Assembly (NCBI GenBank): GCA_029933125.1
Contig: JAOZOU010000004.1
Location: 7,240 to 71,239 of the forward strand
From: a bacterium
GTDB taxonomy: Bacteria > Arandabacterota > Arandabacteria > Arandabacterales > Arandabacteraceae
Direction of reading: 5' to 3'
Length of the DNA stretch: 64,000 nt
Numbering within the stretch: position 1 is the stretch's first letter; each line of letters opens with the position of its first letter. Below, one piece after another: positions 37,978 to 48,137 of this stretch. Made by a program: the position numbers and the translations under genes. The notes beneath the pieces were generated by a model, which made no database searches, was not told the DNA's origin, and saw nothing but the letters and a program-made list of their open reading frames with translations.

Positions 37978-39246
37978 ATGAGAAAAGAGGCTCGCTTCAC
38001 ATTTGTTGTTGATAGCTTCAACCGTACAGCCTTTGCCAATCTCATTGCCTCCCTCGAGGGCTTTTGCGATAGCAAGCTCCTGAGACCTATTCACTCTGAA
38101 GAGCTGAGCTCTGTTGACCTCAGAGATTCATCCCAATTTGTCGAAATCGTTGCTTTCTCAGCAATGACAACCAATTTCGACAAATGCGCTGCTCTCATGC
38201 AGAGCCTCAGAGAGCGAGTCAAGGGTGAGGTCTTAACAATTTGTGGTGGCTCTCATGCAACAGGCAGACCTATGGAAGTCCTCGAAAGCGGCTTTGATTA
38301 TTGCTGCGTCGGCGAAGGCGAAGAAGTTCTAAAGGGAATAGTCTCGGACATTCGCTCCAGTGGCAGAATAGGTGAGATCCCAGGACTCCTCCGCCTCGAA
38401 GATGGAAAGCTTAAGGGTAGCTGCGAATCCCCGAGGGTAGAGATTGATTCCCATCCTGCCTTGCCGCTCCGCCAGAGTTTTCCAACATACATAGAGGCTG
38501 GAAGAGGCTGTCGGTGGCATTGTGCCTATTGCCAGACCCCTCGTATCCACGGTCACATTGAGCGCTTCAGAAAGAGCACATCGATCGAGAGGGTGGTTGC
38601 AGAGTACAAAGACCGCGGTATGAAGGATTTTCGGCTTCTCCTTCCAAATTCCTTGGGCTACCTTTCAAGCCAGCCAAAGCTTCCTAATTGTGATGCGCTT
38701 GAAGATTTGCTTGCAAGAGTAGATAAGGCTTCGGGTGGAGCGCCTATCTACCTTGGCTCGTTTCCATCTGAAATCAGACCTGACTACGTTACACCCCAAG
38801 CGATAGCCATTCTCAAACGCTACGTTGCTAACAAGAGACTTGTGATTGGCGGGCAAGCTGCAAGTGAGCGACTCCTTAGGAAAGTTGGACGTGAACACAC
38901 AGTTGAGGATATTCGCAAAGCCAGTGAAATAGTCAGTGATTCAGGTTTCCAAGCCTCAGTTGACCTCATCTTTGGATTGCCAGATGAGCAATACCAGGAC
39001 AGGGAGGCAGCTTTTGAATTTATGGATGAGCTGGGTCGCAAAGGGGTCGTCTTCAACATGCATTTCTTTATGCCACTTCCAGGCACACCACTTGCTCATG
39101 CAACTCCATCCTTCCTTGGATCTGATGAGAGACGCAGGCTTGACCGTTTTGCCTCAAGAGGTATAGTGAGAGGGAGCTGGAGACGCCAGGAGGAGATGGC
39201 GAGAAGATGGGTCTTAAGCCGAGAAGAGCAAAGCCGATGCCAGTGA
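37978..39246 (+). CDS. B12-binding domain radical SAM protein (TIGR04013-like)
   Basis: GGSHAT, VGEGE, RGCRWHCAYCQTP, FPSEIRPD, FMPLPGTP. Confidence 0.88.
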   Translation: MRKEARFTFVVDSFNRTAFANLIASLEGFCDSKLLRPIHSEELSSVDLRDSSQFVEIVAFSAMTTNFDKCAALMQSLRERVKGEVLTICGGSHATGRPMEVLESGFDYCCVGEGEEVLKGIVSDIRSSGRIGEIPGLLRLEDGKLKGSCESPRVEIDSHPALPLRQSFPTYIEAGRGCRWHCAYCQTPRIHGHIERFRKSTSIERVVAEYKDRGMKDFRLLLPNSLGYLSSQPKLPNCDALEDLLARVDKASGGAPIYLGSFPSEIRPDYVTPQAIAILKRYVANKRLVIGGQAASERLLRKVGREHTVEDIRKASEIVSDSGFQASVDLIFGLPDEQYQDREAAFEFMDELGRKGVVFNMHFFMPLPGTPLAHATPSFLGSDERRRLDRFASRGIVRGSWRRQEEMARRWVLSREEQSRCQ

Positions 39247-39746
39247 AGCTATTCTGTGGCGTTATTGCTCAGAAGGCAGCTCTCGAGGAAGCTATCACCA
39301 AACTCGAGGGTTGCTTTGGCAGGAAGGAGCTCGAGAGTGCATGTGTTGGCTTTGATTCAACTGACTACTATGAAGATGAGATGGGCAGGGAGCTTGTGAG
39401 GAAGTGGCTTTGCTTCGAGGGTTTGCGAGAAAGGGGTTTCTTGGCGCTTGCCAAGCACATAACGCTTGGGATAGAAACCGAGCTTTCCTTTGATGAGCGG
39501 CGCCGAGCAAATCTTGATCCTGGTTACCTTGATAATGCTCAGGTTGTCCTGGCTACTTCAAAGAATTATGCTCATCGCATCTATATCGGTATGGGCTATT
39601 ATGCTGAGGTGACGCTCATATTTAAGCATGGCACTTTTGAGCCACTCGAATGGACCTATCCTGACTATCGAAGCAGCATCGCGCTTGATTTTTTCGCGCG
39701 TGCAAGGAACATCTATCACAGGGAGGTTCGAGCGCTTGAAGCCTGA
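39207..39746 (+). CDS. DUF4416 family protein
   Basis: TDYYEDEMG, NLDPGY, VLATSKNYAHRIY, WTYPDY. Confidence 0.85.
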   Translation: MGLKPRRAKPMPVKLFCGVIAQKAALEEAITKLEGCFGRKELESACVGFDSTDYYEDEMGRELVRKWLCFEGLRERGFLALAKHITLGIETELSFDERRRANLDPGYLDNAQVVLATSKNYAHRIYIGMGYYAEVTLIFKHGTFEPLEWTYPDYRSSIALDFFARARNIYHREVRALEA

Positions 39747-40620
39747 AAGAGATGCGCCTCTTGTTGTTGCTGCAGCAGTTGGTGTCGTCTCTTTCGCTGC
39801 CATTCTTATAAGACTATGCACGGTGCCCACACCTGTAATCGCAGCATACAGGCTGGGGTTTGCAACTCTTGTACTCTTGCCAATCTATCTCTGGAGGGGA
39901 AGATCAGGGAGGGTGACTTGGCATCTGCTTGGCTTTTGCATTCTTGCTGGTTTCTTTCTCTCACTTCACTTTCTTTCATGGATTGAATCCCTGAAGTTTA
40001 CAAGCATTGCAAGCTCGGTTGTTCTCGTAACAACAAGCCCTGTGTTTGCAGCTGTATTCGCCTGGCTTGCACTCGGGGAAAGAGTTGGGCGACGCACGGT
40101 CGTGGCTATTGGGCTATGTCTGTTAGGAAGCTTTGTCATCGCAAGGGGGGGACTTGCTCTTGGGCGTGAAGTCCTCAAGGGCAACCTCCTTGCTCTGGCT
40201 GGGGCAGCAGCTTTTGGCGCCTACTTCGTTACAGGAAGGAAGGTAAGAAGATCACTTGATTTTCTGGAGTATGTGTTTCTTGCCTATTCTTCCTCAGCTC
40301 TTATGCTCATCGCTTGGGCTCTTCTTCGGGGACAAGCCTTGAGTGGTTTTGAGAAATCCAACTACCTTTGGTTTACTCTGCTTGCACTTGGACCTCAGGT
40401 CTTTGGCCATTCTGCACTCAACTGGTCTCTGAGATATCTTGCCGCTCCCAAGGTTGCCATATCCATTCTCGGTGAGCCCATTGGTTCCTCACTTCTTGCC
40501 TGGGTTTTCTTCACCGAGGTTCCGCATTACACGCTCTTCATTGGCGCTGCTCTTATCCTCTACGGCGTCTATCTCGCCCTCACCGAGCCACGTAGTGTTG
40601 AAGTAAGCGCTGGTGTGTGA
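39736..40620 (+). CDS. DMT/EamA family transporter
   Basis: About 10 TM; HF..WI.SL..TSIASS, GH...NW.L, GEPIG; TTG start after GGGAGG. Confidence 0.9.
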   Translation: MKPERDAPLVVAAAVGVVSFAAILIRLCTVPTPVIAAYRLGFATLVLLPIYLWRGRSGRVTWHLLGFCILAGFFLSLHFLSWIESLKFTSIASSVVLVTTSPVFAAVFAWLALGERVGRRTVVAIGLCLLGSFVIARGGLALGREVLKGNLLALAGAAAFGAYFVTGRKVRRSLDFLEYVFLAYSSSALMLIAWALLRGQALSGFEKSNYLWFTLLALGPQVFGHSALNWSLRYLAAPKVAISILGEPIGSSLLAWVFFTEVPHYTLFIGAALILYGVYLALTEPRSVEVSAGV

Positions 40621-40656
40621 TATAATGGCGATGGTCACATTCTGCGGAGGTGTCCC

Positions 40657-42063
40657 ATGAAGCGAGTCCTTTTGTTTGCGTTTTGCCTTTGTATCCCCTC
40701 TTTGGCTTTGGCTACACCGTATATCTCGCCTGAGGAGGCTCAAAAGATCCAGGAGGCAGACCATCATGCCGTCTTTGCCCCTGGCAGTTTCACCGCGATG
40801 GCAAGTTACGACCCCTTAACACGTTTTGGAATGTGTGCTGACTTCATAACGACACTTCAGGTGAGCGATACCACATCCGGTTCATATGGAGGTATGCGGG
40901 AGGGGGAGCATCTTCTCGGCATCATCCAGACTGATAACACGAGCGAGTCCATATGGATCTGGAGTCACTATTTTGCTCTCACAGGCTCTGATATCTATCA
41001 TGACAACATTGATGCTGCATGGCATTACTGCATGAACTATCCTGCATACAATGAGGAAGGTGAGTCAGATCTCATCACAGGATATTACAGAGTCTATAAC
41101 TGTGCCTGGGCTTTGAGGGCCGAGATGGAATATCAGCAGGTCTATGGCGATACTCAATACAGTGGCTATGCTGACTCATGTGCATCCTACCTCTGCCACA
41201 ATCCGCTTATGCTCCACTTCCCGACAGGTTTCTACCGCAAGGTCAATGGGCTTGTGATGGGTTGGGCAGTTGGCAATCTCTATGAATATGGTGAGTTTGT
41301 TGACAATGCCACCTACCGAGCCAAGGCTATCGATATGGCTGACTCTCTTAAGGCTTGGGTTGAACAAAATCCTAACAAGCTCCACTGGGATCAGTGGGCA
41401 ATGAATGGTGGATCGGTAATGTGGGGTTTGGTCCACTCCTACTTCAAAGAATACCCTGCAGAGCTTGAGACCTGGGTGGAAACCTATGCGCCTTATCTTG
41501 ATACTGAGATAGATTCCTCCGATTACCAGAATGCATGGCGTGCATGGGCTGCACTCGGTCAGTCAACTGCAAGTGAAGTGCTTGGGAGCAGTCTTTATGC
41601 TGCCTATTTCAAGCACCTTGCTGACACGCTCGTAGCCAATGATGGTGACAGTGATGGGGGTATACCTGTTAAGGATGCCGATCCTGACAACTATGATCAG
41701 TCATGGGTGACCAACTATCTTGGTCTCATGTGCATGGACAGATTGCTTGTAACAGCTGGCATTGGGGATGTTGCCTCTGAGCAGGATCTTAACGTTCGGA
41801 TAATAAAAAATCCAAGTCGAGGGCTTCCTCGAATCAGCTTCACACTCAACGAACCTTCGCCTGTCAGGTTCGCCTTCTACGACATCCGAGGTAGGAGGCT
41901 GGTTGGGAGCGATCTCGGCTGGCTGGGCGCAGGGGAGCAGCAGATTGACCTAAGCGATTTCATATCAAAGTACAGAATTGCACCAGGAATGTACTTCTAT
42001 GAGCTCCACTCCGGCAGAAGGCTTGCAAAGGGAAAGGTCGTTGTGTTAATGTTCGCACGGTAG
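40657..42063 (+). CDS. Secreted protein (possible alpha/alpha-toroid hydrolase) with C-terminal T9SS/FlgD-like domain
   Basis: Signal peptide; Trp/Tyr-rich helical core; NPS...FYDIRGR...PGMYFY..KVVV tail. Confidence 0.65.
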   Translation: MKRVLLFAFCLCIPSLALATPYISPEEAQKIQEADHHAVFAPGSFTAMASYDPLTRFGMCADFITTLQVSDTTSGSYGGMREGEHLLGIIQTDNTSESIWIWSHYFALTGSDIYHDNIDAAWHYCMNYPAYNEEGESDLITGYYRVYNCAWALRAEMEYQQVYGDTQYSGYADSCASYLCHNPLMLHFPTGFYRKVNGLVMGWAVGNLYEYGEFVDNATYRAKAIDMADSLKAWVEQNPNKLHWDQWAMNGGSVMWGLVHSYFKEYPAELETWVETYAPYLDTEIDSSDYQNAWRAWAALGQSTASEVLGSSLYAAYFKHLADTLVANDGDSDGGIPVKDADPDNYDQSWVTNYLGLMCMDRLLVTAGIGDVASEQDLNVRIIKNPSRGLPRISFTLNEPSPVRFAFYDIRGRRLVGSDLGWLGAGEQQIDLSDFISKYRIAPGMYFYELHSGRRLAKGKVVVLMFAR

Positions 42064-42131
42064 CCGGACAGAATGAGCGTGATGGTAGCTTTTTGGATCC
42101 GGCCTAGGGGCCTTCGAGTGGGGCTGGAAAG

Positions 42132-43544
42132 TTGAAAAGATACACTTATCGCCGCACAAAGATAGTTTGTACGCTCGGTCCCGCAACGTCATCACTTAAA
42201 ACCTTGCGATTCATGCTATCTGCAGGAATGGATGTTGCACGGCTCAATTTTTCGCATGGCGACCATGCTACCCATGCCGAGATGATCGACCGCCTTCACA
42301 GAGCCTGCTCAGAGAAGGGTCGTCCGATACCCATAATGCAGGATCTTCAAGGTCCTCGCTTTCGGGTTGGGAAACTTCCAGGAGGCTATCTCGATCTCAA
42401 GCGAGGCATGGAGGTAACGGTTGGCGCAAGTTCGAAGAATTGCACCATCCCCATAGTGCCTCGCTATTCATTTAAAGGTGTACGCATTGGGCATCGTGTC
42501 ATTCTTGGAGATCTTGGAATAAGCCTTAAGGTTTTACGCATAACTGATGGCAGACTCCTCTGTCGTGTCATAAAGGGTGGGACACTGCATTCGGGCAAGG
42601 GAGTAGGATTTCCCCAGTCCAAGGCTGGACTGCCAACCCTCACCGAGAAGGACAAGCGGGATGTGGCATTCGGGATAGAAAATAATGTGGATTTCATTGC
42701 ACTTTCCTTCGTTAGGAGCGCATCTGACATAGTCAGACTCAGGAAACTCATTGGTAAGCATGACATAGGTATCGTTGCCAAGATTGAAACACGAGAGGCT
42801 GTTGAGGCGATTGACGACATAATTGACGAAGCTGATGCCATTCTCGTTGCAAGAGGGGATCTCGCCTCCGAAGTATCTATAAGCCGCCTGCCAATAGTGC
42901 AGAAGATCATAATTGAGAAGTGCAATGACAGAGGTAAGCCTGTAATCACGGCAACCCAAATGCTTGAATCGATGATCACAAATGCCCAGCCAACGCGTGC
43001 TGAGGCAAGCGATGTTGCAAACGCAGTCCTCGATGGTTCAGACGCTCTCATGCTCAGCGGTGAGACAGCGATAGGGGACTATCCTGTCGAGGCTGTGCGG
43101 ACAATGGCTTCCATAATAGATCGTACCGAAAGGGCCCATCTCGATGAATGGATAAGGCGCAGACGGTCTGTTCAACCCGAGGCAAAAGTCGATGAGACAA
43201 TTGCCTTCCTTGCAGCGGATGCTGCTGAAAGATTGGGTGCGGCAGCAATAATAACCTCAACGCGAAGCGGTAGCACAGCAAGGAGAGTTGCCAAGTTTAG
43301 ACCAACTGTTCCAATCTTTGCTGTTACCCCTAACGATCGCACGCGCATGAAGCTTGGCCTTTCCTATGGAGTTATATGTGAAAGGATTGATGAGGCCAAA
43401 AACACTGACGAGATGATCACCAAAGCAATTGACGCTGCTCGGAAGCGAGGGATCGTATCAAAGGGTGATCTTGTTGTCATAACTGCTGGCATACCGCCAT
43501 GGGTGACTGGGACAACAAACCTGCTCAAACTCGAGGTAATTTGA
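42132..43544 (+). CDS. pyk: Pyruvate kinase
   Basis: RTKIVCTLGPA, RLNFSHG, AKIE, VARGDL, TQMLESM, MLSGETA. Confidence 0.98.
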   Translation: MKRYTYRRTKIVCTLGPATSSLKTLRFMLSAGMDVARLNFSHGDHATHAEMIDRLHRACSEKGRPIPIMQDLQGPRFRVGKLPGGYLDLKRGMEVTVGASSKNCTIPIVPRYSFKGVRIGHRVILGDLGISLKVLRITDGRLLCRVIKGGTLHSGKGVGFPQSKAGLPTLTEKDKRDVAFGIENNVDFIALSFVRSASDIVRLRKLIGKHDIGIVAKIETREAVEAIDDIIDEADAILVARGDLASEVSISRLPIVQKIIIEKCNDRGKPVITATQMLESMITNAQPTRAEASDVANAVLDGSDALMLSGETAIGDYPVEAVRTMASIIDRTERAHLDEWIRRRRSVQPEAKVDETIAFLAADAAERLGAAAIITSTRSGSTARRVAKFRPTVPIFAVTPNDRTRMKLGLSYGVICERIDEAKNTDEMITKAIDAARKRGIVSKGDLVVITAGIPPWVTGTTNLLKLEVI

Positions 43545-43545
43545 G

Positions 43546-44067
43546 ATGGAGCAGTCTGCAGCTTTACTGGTGATCGATATGCTCAATGATTTTGTCTTGC
43601 CAGGTGCTCCGCTTGAAGTACCCAAGGCAAGGGAAATCATTCCTGCTATTCGCAAACGAATCGATGATGCTCATAAGGCTGGTATACCTGTCATTTATGT
43701 ATGTGATGCCCATGGCCGAGATGATCCCGAATTCAAGATATGGCCACCTCATGCTGTAAAGGGTTCTGAAGGAGCGAGGATAATCGATGATCTGGCGCCG
43801 GGTGCATCTGATCTCATTTTGGAGAAAACAACATATTCAGCATTCTTTGGTACCGATCTTGAGAGAATCCTTCGGGAACGTGGTATCACAAAGCTCATCC
43901 TCGTTGGAATCCTGACCAACATATGTGTCTTCTTTACCGCTGCCGATGCGGTCATGCGTGGTTTCGAGGTTGAAGTTCCTCGGGATAGTGTTGCGAGCAC
44001 ATCGGATGAGGAGCATCGCTTTGCTCTTGCGCAGATGGAGAAGGTTCTAAGGGTAAGCATCACATGA
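43546..44067 (+). CDS. pncA: Cysteine hydrolase (nicotinamidase/isochorismatase family)
   Basis: IDMLNDF, DAH, WPPH, K..YSAF, TNICV; adjacent to pncB. Confidence 0.8.
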   Translation: MEQSAALLVIDMLNDFVLPGAPLEVPKAREIIPAIRKRIDDAHKAGIPVIYVCDAHGRDDPEFKIWPPHAVKGSEGARIIDDLAPGASDLILEKTTYSAFFGTDLERILRERGITKLILVGILTNICVFFTAADAVMRGFEVEVPRDSVASTSDEEHRFALAQMEKVLRVSIT

Positions 44068-45233
44068 AAAGGCGCTTCCATACTGCCACAGACGAGGAGA
44101 TAAGATCTGGCAGGACAACAGACGTCTACTTTGAGCGGGCCACCCGCATTCTCAGGGCAACAGGGGCTTCGAAGCGTGTCAAAGCCGAGTTCAGCCTCAA
44201 AAACCTCCCCCATGGCTACACTTGGGGCATTTTTGCAGGGCTCGATGAAGCTTTAGGTCTTCTTGAAGGGCTGCCAGTAAATGTTAAGGCTCTGGACGAA
44301 GGCACAGTCATAAGGGCCTACGAACCCGTTATGACAATTGAAGGTAACTACATCGACTTCGGCGTGCTCGAGACTGCTCTCCTGGGCTTTATCTGTCAGG
44401 CATCAGGGATAGCCACGAAAGCAGCCAGACTCAGGATTGCTGCTGGTGACAAACTCCTTATAAGTTTCGGGGCTCGCCGCATGCACCCAGCAATAGCACC
44501 CATGATTGAGCGTAGTGCCTATCTGGGTGGATGTGATGGTGTTGCCACATTGAAGGCAGCCCACATCATTGGAATAGATCCATCGGGTACGATCCCCCAT
44601 GCCCTGATTCTTGTGATGGGTGGAATTGAGGAAGCTCTCGAAGCCTTCGATGCTGTGATTGAAAAGAAGGTAAAGCGCATTGCCCTTGTTGACACATTTG
44701 GCGATGAGAAATTTGAGGCGCTTGCTGCTTGTGAAGCCCTTGGCTCAAAGCTCTTTGCCGTAAGACTTGACACTCCTAAGTCACGAAGAGGCTCAATGCG
44801 TGACATAGTTCGAGAGGTTAGATGGGAGCTTGATCTTCGAGGGTATGCAGGCATCAAGATTATGGTGAGTGGCGGTCTCGATGAGCATGAAATTCTCGAA
44901 CTCAGAGACATAGTTGATGGCTTCGGTGTTGGCACATCGCTCAGCAATGCGCGTGTTCTCGATTTTGCTATGGATATTGTTGAGATCGAGGGCACACCGA
45001 TCGCTAAGAGAGGCAAGATGAGTGGAGAGAAAACCCTACTCCGATGCAATCGATGCCACAGGGATCTTGTTGTACCTTCAAGAGGGAGGCTTGCCCGCAA
45101 GTGTAGATGTGGTGGTATGTTCCGAAATCTCACTCGCTCCTACATCAAGCAGGGAAGACTTGCGCAAAAGCCGAAATCGATTAAATCAATAAGAAAGAGT
45201 GTGCTCAGAGATCTTGAGCATCTCGATCTGTGA
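44064..45233 (+). CDS. pncB: Nicotinate phosphoribosyltransferase (archaeal-type, C-terminal Cys cluster)
   Basis: TDVYF, SFGARR, GTIPHAL, VRLDTP, SGGL, FGVGT, AKRGK; CxxC..CxC. Confidence 0.9.
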   Translation: MKRRFHTATDEEIRSGRTTDVYFERATRILRATGASKRVKAEFSLKNLPHGYTWGIFAGLDEALGLLEGLPVNVKALDEGTVIRAYEPVMTIEGNYIDFGVLETALLGFICQASGIATKAARLRIAAGDKLLISFGARRMHPAIAPMIERSAYLGGCDGVATLKAAHIIGIDPSGTIPHALILVMGGIEEALEAFDAVIEKKVKRIALVDTFGDEKFEALAACEALGSKLFAVRLDTPKSRRGSMRDIVREVRWELDLRGYAGIKIMVSGGLDEHEILELRDIVDGFGVGTSLSNARVLDFAMDIVEIEGTPIAKRGKMSGEKTLLRCNRCHRDLVVPSRGRLARKCRCGGMFRNLTRSYIKQGRLAQKPKSIKSIRKSVLRDLEHLDL

Positions 45234-46273
45234 TTGATGATACTCAAGCGGAGATGCATATGCCCAGTTTGAGGCAGGATATTGCTACAAGAACGTGGAG
45301 TATAATTGCTACCGAACGTGGTCAGCGTCCGCATGATTTTAAAAAAACCGGTGTGCGCCCGAGGGTCGAGTCTTATGATGCAAAGTGTCCTTTTTGTCCG
45401 GGCAACGAATCTCTGACACCCGATCCGGTTTTTGTCGTTCCTGATCGAGGTGATCCCGAGAGGTGGGCTGTGCGAGTAGTTCCAAATAAGTTTCCTGCAC
45501 TTGTTGTGCCTGAGGCTGGAATTGAGCGCAGACGAAAACGCAAGGGACTCTATCTCGAGATGTGTGGATGCGGGACTCATGAGGTTGTCATTGAAGTTCC
45601 CGATCACTCCAAGACAATTGCAACAATGACTGATGAAGAGGTGGAGCTCATAGTCCGCACATATCGGGATCGCTTTCTCGAACTTGACAAGGCTGATTGG
45701 AACCAGCTCATCATCATCTTCAGAAATCAGGGAGAAGGTGCTGGAACTTCGCTGGTGCATCCCCATTCGCAGATAATTGGCACCCCCATAGTTCCTGATG
45801 AAATAAGGCGAAGGCTTGAGGAAGCGCAGCGCTACTTCGATGATAATGGCACATGCGTTTACTGTGACATTCTTGATTACGAGCTTAAAGAGAAGGAGCG
45901 CCTGGTCTGCGCCAATGATGGCTTTGCCGTTATTTGTCCTTTCGCTTCAACGGTTCCTTATGAAATGTGGATCCTGCCACGCAATCACGCTTCCTCTTTC
46001 GGTGAGCTCGACGATGATGGAATAGGTGATCTTGCAGGAATTCTGCGTGAGTCGCTTTTAAGGCTCTATCATCTCCTCGACAATCCCGACTACAATTACA
46101 TTCTGAGATCTGCACCCCACTATAGTGCGGGGGAGCCACATTTCCATTGGTATGTTCAGGTTTTACCAAGGTTGACGAAACGAGCAGGTTTTGAAATCGG
46201 TTCGGGGATGAACATCAATGTCGTCGTGCCTGAGAATGCTGCTGCTGAGCTCAGGAAGGTGCAGATGGTGTGA
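45230..46273 (+). CDS. galT: Galactose-1-phosphate uridylyltransferase
   Basis: CPFCPGNE, VPNKFPAL, HEVVIE, GAGTSLVHPHSQ, FHW, AGFE. Confidence 0.93.
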   Translation: MIDDTQAEMHMPSLRQDIATRTWSIIATERGQRPHDFKKTGVRPRVESYDAKCPFCPGNESLTPDPVFVVPDRGDPERWAVRVVPNKFPALVVPEAGIERRRKRKGLYLEMCGCGTHEVVIEVPDHSKTIATMTDEEVELIVRTYRDRFLELDKADWNQLIIIFRNQGEGAGTSLVHPHSQIIGTPIVPDEIRRRLEEAQRYFDDNGTCVYCDILDYELKEKERLVCANDGFAVICPFASTVPYEMWILPRNHASSFGELDDDGIGDLAGILRESLLRLYHLLDNPDYNYILRSAPHYSAGEPHFHWYVQVLPRLTKRAGFEIGSGMNINVVVPENAAAELRKVQMV

Positions 46274-46938
46274 TCTTAAGCAATTGGGAAAAAAAGCGTA
46301 ACCAGATGGTGGATTTGCAGATACAGGCACGAGGTGTTGATGATCCACTTGTGCTTGCTGCTATGCGCAAGGTGCCAAGGCACCTCTTTGTACCTCCAGA
46401 CTATGAAGATTCGGCATATGCGGATCGTCCCCTTCCAATCGGCTATGGTCAGACCATAAGCCAGCCGTACATGGTTGCTGTGATGACCCAAGCGTTGAAA
46501 CTACAGGGTGATGAAAGGGTTCTAGAGGTTGGGACAGGCTCAGGATATCAGGCAGCCGTTCTTGCTGAGATAGTAGATCATGTGGTTTCCATTGAACGCA
46601 TACCTGAGCTTGCTGAGCGTGCCCTGAAGACGCTTCGGAGTCTGGGTTACATGAATGTTGAGGTTGTAATTGGCGACGGCTCAAAGGGTTATCCAGCAAG
46701 AGCTCCGTATGATGGTATAATTGTCACCGCTGGTGCACCTGAGATACCTCAGGTGTTAGTTGATCAACTTGCCGATGGGGGCAGGCTTGTCATCCCGGTT
46801 GGAGACAGCTTCCAGCAAACTTTGACAAGGGTGACAAAGAAAGGTGAGAAGGTCGATATAGAGCGCCTCGAAGGATGCATTTTTGTCCCGCTTGTTGGTC
46901 AATACGGTTGGAAAGAGAATCGACCTGAGAGCATTTAG
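46270..46938 (+). CDS. pcm: Protein-L-isoaspartate O-methyltransferase
   Basis: VPRHLF, GQTISQPY, LEVGTGSGYQAA, APYD.IIVTA, FVPL. Confidence 0.97.
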   Translation: MILSNWEKKRNQMVDLQIQARGVDDPLVLAAMRKVPRHLFVPPDYEDSAYADRPLPIGYGQTISQPYMVAVMTQALKLQGDERVLEVGTGSGYQAAVLAEIVDHVVSIERIPELAERALKTLRSLGYMNVEVVIGDGSKGYPARAPYDGIIVTAGAPEIPQVLVDQLADGGRLVIPVGDSFQQTLTRVTKKGEKVDIERLEGCIFVPLVGQYGWKENRPESI

Positions 46939-46947
46939 GGGGTATCT

Positions 46948-48060
46948 ATGGTAAACCGCAAGAACATAATGCGATTGCTGCAATTCAGAACTGACAAACA
47001 CATGGTCATAAGTTTCTATATGGGGATTGGCGTTTACAAGTCCAAACGCAAGGCATATGAGATTGAGGCGAAAGACATTATCAAGTCGGCGATGGCAGAA
47101 GCCGGCATCGGCGGGGATGTAAAAGAGGAAGTTGAGGCAGATGCCAAACGCATTCTCGATTTCCTGAGAATGGACTTCATGGGTAGGGCAAGGGGACTTG
47201 CCATCTTTGCCTGTGAACCTGAAAACCTCTGGCAGGTCTATCGCTTGCCTGTTACCGTGCCTGATAGATGTGTCATAGATCACGTTCCCTTCGTTATGCC
47301 GATGCTCAAGATAGTCGACGAAGGAAGGCGCTTCTGCGTCGTCGTAACGGATAAGGAGAAGGCACGTATCTTCACGCTTTATTTAGGTGAGATGACAGAG
47401 CGGACTGATCTTTTTGATGTTGTGCCTGGCTGGCACAAGCAAGGTGGCTGGTCTCAGGCACGCTACCAAAGACATATTGAAGATCATGTAAACAGACATC
47501 TTAAGCATGTTGCTGATTCACTTTTTGATTTTTACAAGCGGGAAGGCTTCGGACATCTTATCATTGGGGGGCCTCAGGAGATAAGGACGCGCCTCTATAG
47601 GATCCTGCATTCCTATCTTCAAAGGATATTCCGAGGCTTCATCTCTGTGGAGGTGACCTCCTCGGCTGATGAAATAGCTGAAGCAGCTTCTAAGATCGTT
47701 GAAGAGACTGAAAGCAGTCAGTCCAGGCTACTCACACAGCGAATCCTCGAGCCCAAGGGCCAGCACATTACAGTCAAGGGACTTAAAGAAACGATTGGTG
47801 CGCTCGAGGAAGCGAGGGTTCATACACTTGTCTTGGTTGAACATGAGCTCATCCCTGGATCAATGTGCACAAAGTGTGAGAAGATTGACGTGCCGGGAAC
47901 CAAAGTTTGCAGCTTGTGCGGAAGTGAGATGCAGGCTGTCGACGATGTATCTGAATATCTTGCCAGGCTCGCGGTTGGGCAGGATGCGGAGGTGAGTTAC
48001 GTAAGCAATGGTTTTGGACTTGAGCGTGTTGGTGGTGTTGGTGCAATCTTGAGATGGTAG
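46948..48060 (+). CDS. Bacterial archaeo-eukaryotic release factor 1 family protein (baeRF1, Vms1/ANKZF1-like)
   Basis: HKQGGWSQARYQRH catalytic-loop motif, RGLAIF, CxxC..CxxC Zn ribbon, GGVGAILR C-terminus. Confidence 0.85.
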   Translation: MVNRKNIMRLLQFRTDKHMVISFYMGIGVYKSKRKAYEIEAKDIIKSAMAEAGIGGDVKEEVEADAKRILDFLRMDFMGRARGLAIFACEPENLWQVYRLPVTVPDRCVIDHVPFVMPMLKIVDEGRRFCVVVTDKEKARIFTLYLGEMTERTDLFDVVPGWHKQGGWSQARYQRHIEDHVNRHLKHVADSLFDFYKREGFGHLIIGGPQEIRTRLYRILHSYLQRIFRGFISVEVTSSADEIAEAASKIVEETESSQSRLLTQRILEPKGQHITVKGLKETIGALEEARVHTLVLVEHELIPGSMCTKCEKIDVPGTKVCSLCGSEMQAVDDVSEYLARLAVGQDAEVSYVSNGFGLERVGGVGAILRW

Positions 48061-48137
48061 CAAAGCGCCAGCTTCTTACTTTTTGCGATGACGGGCTTTA
48101 GGGCCTGTAGCTTGCGACTTTGATTGACTGAGGTGCT

